Part shown: one piece after another, positions 25,782 to 27,810 of the stretch
Layout: every line of letters begins with the position of its first letter
Position numbering within the stretch: the first letter of the stretch is position 1
Assembly (NCBI GenBank): GCA_035462005.1
Contig: DATHUT010000306.1
Location: 1-27,810, forward strand
Direction of reading: 5' to 3'
Source of the DNA: Gammaproteobacteria bacterium
Lineage (GTDB): Bacteria; Pseudomonadota; Gammaproteobacteria; DSM-19610
DNA: 27,810 nt
Program-made: the position numbers and the translations under genes
Notes under the pieces: generated by a model
What the model was told of the DNA's origin: nothing
Seen by the model: only the letters and a program-made list of their open reading frames with translations
Databases searched by the model: none

Positions 25782-26897
25782 ATGGCCCAAGACGACGCCA
25801 GCGCCGAAGCTGATCCGGAAACTGGAAACATCCGTTGTGCGGGTCGCTGGACCGTCGGTGGCATTGTGGCCCTGGCGGCACGGCGGTCGCGCATCGCCGC
25901 ACCCGCCGGCCGGACGGTATGGCTGGAAGCGAGTGCGATCACCTCCCTGGATACCAGTGGAGCCTGGCTGCTGGAGCGCCTGCGCCTGCAGCTGGAGGCG
26001 GCAGGCAACCCGGTGGAGGTGCAGGGCCTGCAGCCTCACCATGCGGACCTCTACCAGCGGGTGCGCGAGCTGGGTGCCACCGAGCCGCCACGGGAGCCGC
26101 GTCTTGGCGGCTTGGCAGGCACCGGCCGCGGCACGCTGCGCGGGCTGGAGGAACTCTACAGTTTTCTATCCTTTTTCGGTGCCGTCGTGATGCGCGGCAG
26201 CTGGCTGTTGCTGCACCCGCGCCGCATGCGCTGGAAGGCCGTGTTCATCGACCTGTATGGCTCCGGGGTGACGGCACTGGGCATCGTCGGCCTGCTGTCT
26301 TTCCTGATGGGGGTGGTGATTGCCTACCAGGGTGCGGTGCAGCTGCGCGCCTTCGGTGCCGACATCTACATTGCCGACCTGGTCGGCCTGTCCATGGTCC
26401 GTGAGTTGGGACCGCTGCTGGCGGCTATCATCGTGGCCGGGCGTACCGGGTCCGCCTATGCCGCCCAGATCGGCACCATGCGCGTGACCGACGAGGTGGC
26501 GGCACTACGTACCATCGGTATCGAGCCCCTGGACCTGCTGGTCATTCCCAAAGTGCTTGCCCTGTGCCTGGCGCTGCCGCTGCTGGCGGTGTTCGCCGAT
26601 ATCATGGGGGTGCTCGGCGGCATGATCCTGGCCAAGCTGCAGCTGGGACTGAGTTTCGCGCCTTTCCTGGATCGTCTCCAGGAAGCCATCACCCTGCGTT
26701 CCTTCCTGATTGGCCTGGGCAAGGCGCCGGTGTTTGCCCTGGTGATTGCCCTTATCGGCTGCTTCCAGGGTTTTCGAGTGCGGGGCAGTGCCGCCAGTGT
26801 CGGCCAGCACACCACCCGGGCGGTGGTGCAGGCCATCTTCCTCATCATTGTCATCGATGCCCAGTTTTCGGTGATCTTCAGCTGGCTGGGAATCTGA
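25782..26897 (+). CDS. MlaE-family ABC permease with N-terminal STAS domain
   Basis: STAS-like ITSLDTSGAWLL, then VRELGPLLAAIIVAGRTGSAYAAQIGTMRVTDEVAALRTIG and VGQHTTRAVVQAI. Confidence 0.92.
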   Translation: MAQDDASAEADPETGNIRCAGRWTVGGIVALAARRSRIAAPAGRTVWLEASAITSLDTSGAWLLERLRLQLEAAGNPVEVQGLQPHHADLYQRVRELGATEPPREPRLGGLAGTGRGTLRGLEELYSFLSFFGAVVMRGSWLLLHPRRMRWKAVFIDLYGSGVTALGIVGLLSFLMGVVIAYQGAVQLRAFGADIYIADLVGLSMVRELGPLLAAIIVAGRTGSAYAAQIGTMRVTDEVAALRTIGIEPLDLLVIPKVLALCLALPLLAVFADIMGVLGGMILAKLQLGLSFAPFLDRLQEAITLRSFLIGLGKAPVFALVIALIGCFQGFRVRGSAASVGQHTTRAVVQAIFLIIVIDAQFSVIFSWLGI

Positions 26898-26898
26898 T

Positions 26899-27687
26899 AT
26901 GGCCCCAACAGCGGACCTGGTGCTGGAGTTGCGCGGGATCTGTACCCGTTTTGGCGCGGTAACGGTCCACGACGGGCTCGACCTCGAGGTGCGAGCTGGC
27001 GAGATTTTGGCCCTGGTGGGTGGGAGTGGCAGTGGCAAGACCACCTTGCTCCATGAAATGATCATGCTGCGCCGGCCCGACCGGGGTTCCATTCGCCTGT
27101 TCGGCGAGGAGGTCACTGGCGACGTCGGGCGGGAACGTCTGGAGCGCATGCGTCGGCGCTTTGGCGTATTGTTCCAGCATGGCGCGTTGTTCACCGGTCT
27201 CAATGTGTTGCAGAATGTGGGCGTGCCACTGCACGAGCATGGTGGGCTGGACGCCGCGCTCATCGATCAGATCGCCCTGCTCAAGATCCGCCAGGCCGGG
27301 CTGCCGGCCGAAGCAGCACTGAAGTATCCCGATGAGCTCAGTGGCGGCATGGTCAAGCGCGCCGCGCTGGCGCGTGCCATGGCCCTGGATCCGCAGTTGC
27401 TGTTTCTCGATGAGCCCACCTCGGGCCTGGACCCGGTCAGCGCGGGTGCCTTCGACGAACTCATCCTGGACCTGAAGCAATGGCTGGGAATGACGCTGGT
27501 CATGGTCACCCATGATCTGGACCTGCTCTGGAAGGTTGCGGATCGGGTGGCGGTGCTGGGCGAGGGGCGGGTGGTGGCTGTGGCGCCCATGGCCGAGCTG
27601 GAGGAGGTCGATCATCCCGCAGTGCGGGCCTATTTCGAGGGCGCGCGTGGGCGCGCTGCGCGGCCACAAAATTCCACGCAGGTGTGA
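26899..27687 (+). CDS. ABC transporter ATP-binding protein (MlaF/Ttg2A type)
   Basis: Walker A GGSGSGKT, signature LSGGM, Walker B LFLDEPTSGLDP and H-loop VTHD. Confidence 0.95.
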   Translation: MAPTADLVLELRGICTRFGAVTVHDGLDLEVRAGEILALVGGSGSGKTTLLHEMIMLRRPDRGSIRLFGEEVTGDVGRERLERMRRRFGVLFQHGALFTGLNVLQNVGVPLHEHGGLDAALIDQIALLKIRQAGLPAEAALKYPDELSGGMVKRAALARAMALDPQLLFLDEPTSGLDPVSAGAFDELILDLKQWLGMTLVMVTHDLDLLWKVADRVAVLGEGRVVAVAPMAELEEVDHPAVRAYFEGARGRAARPQNSTQV

Positions 27688-27740
27688 ATATGGATAGGGA
27701 ATTGCAGGTAATCAAACAGCCCTTGGTGGCTTATCGGTTA

Positions 27741-27810
27741 CGGGACCGTCGGCCGCAGGGATGCCGCCGTCGAGCGTACAGGGATGTATTCACCGCGAGT
27801 CCCGATACAG
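27741..27810 (+). ncRNA. Candidate CsrB/RsmY/RsmZ-like CsrA-titrating RNA or CsrA-controlled leader (partial, runs off the window)
   Basis: Two adjacent GGGA-loop hairpins: CGGCCGCA-GGGA-TGCCGCCG (27750-27769) and TACA-GGGA-TGTA. The second is within GTACAGGGATGT (27776-27787), an exact match to RUACARGGAUGU. Confidence 0.5.

Noticed and set aside
27727-27742. sigma54 promoter (TGGC-N-TTAC) upstream of the Csr-like hairpins
   Set aside because: The -12 element reads AC rather than the near-invariant GC.
27690-27810. ORF starting at ATG 27690 as mlaD
   Set aside because: The peptide MDRELQVIKQPLVAYRLRDRR... lacks the N-terminal TM helix of MCE proteins.

Overview
GC-rich gammaproteobacterial chromosomal window; the lineage is inferred from gene order, not determined. 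The left part (1-7.8 kb) is the conserved pncC/cinA-thpR-recA-recX-alaS-lysC-csrA-tRNA-Ser(GCT)-tRNA-Arg(ACG) block. alaS is broken by a single missing A at about 5087-5089, most likely a sequencing or assembly error. Each tRNA is followed by a ~170-185 bp highly structured repeat unit carrying a direct copy and an inverted copy of its own host tRNA's 3' end around a shared hairpin core. The rest is a mixed housekeeping/accessory region: CbiX-like chelatase, LemA + M48 protease, HAD-IIB phosphatase, LEA-2 lipoprotein, thioredoxin-HEAT protein, FimW-like PilZ protein, orphan Cache-like protein, FAD oxidoreductase + YtqB/MnmM-type methyltransferase, VWA + membrane J-domain pair, MsrA, a small unknown domain present both alone and fused to a receiver domain, a divergent deacetylase / Pat acetyltransferase pair, and STAS-MlaE + MlaF-type ABC genes. 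The last ~70 bp hold two textbook CsrA-binding hairpins, possibly the start of a CsrB/Rsm-type sRNA. No integrase, transposase, phage or cas gene was recognised. Best leads: the tRNA-linked repeat elements, a possible split MnmC-replacement tRNA-modification pair, the duplicated unknown domain fused to a response regulator, and CsrA sites at recA and at the window end. All family calls come from motif recognition by eye; no database search was run.
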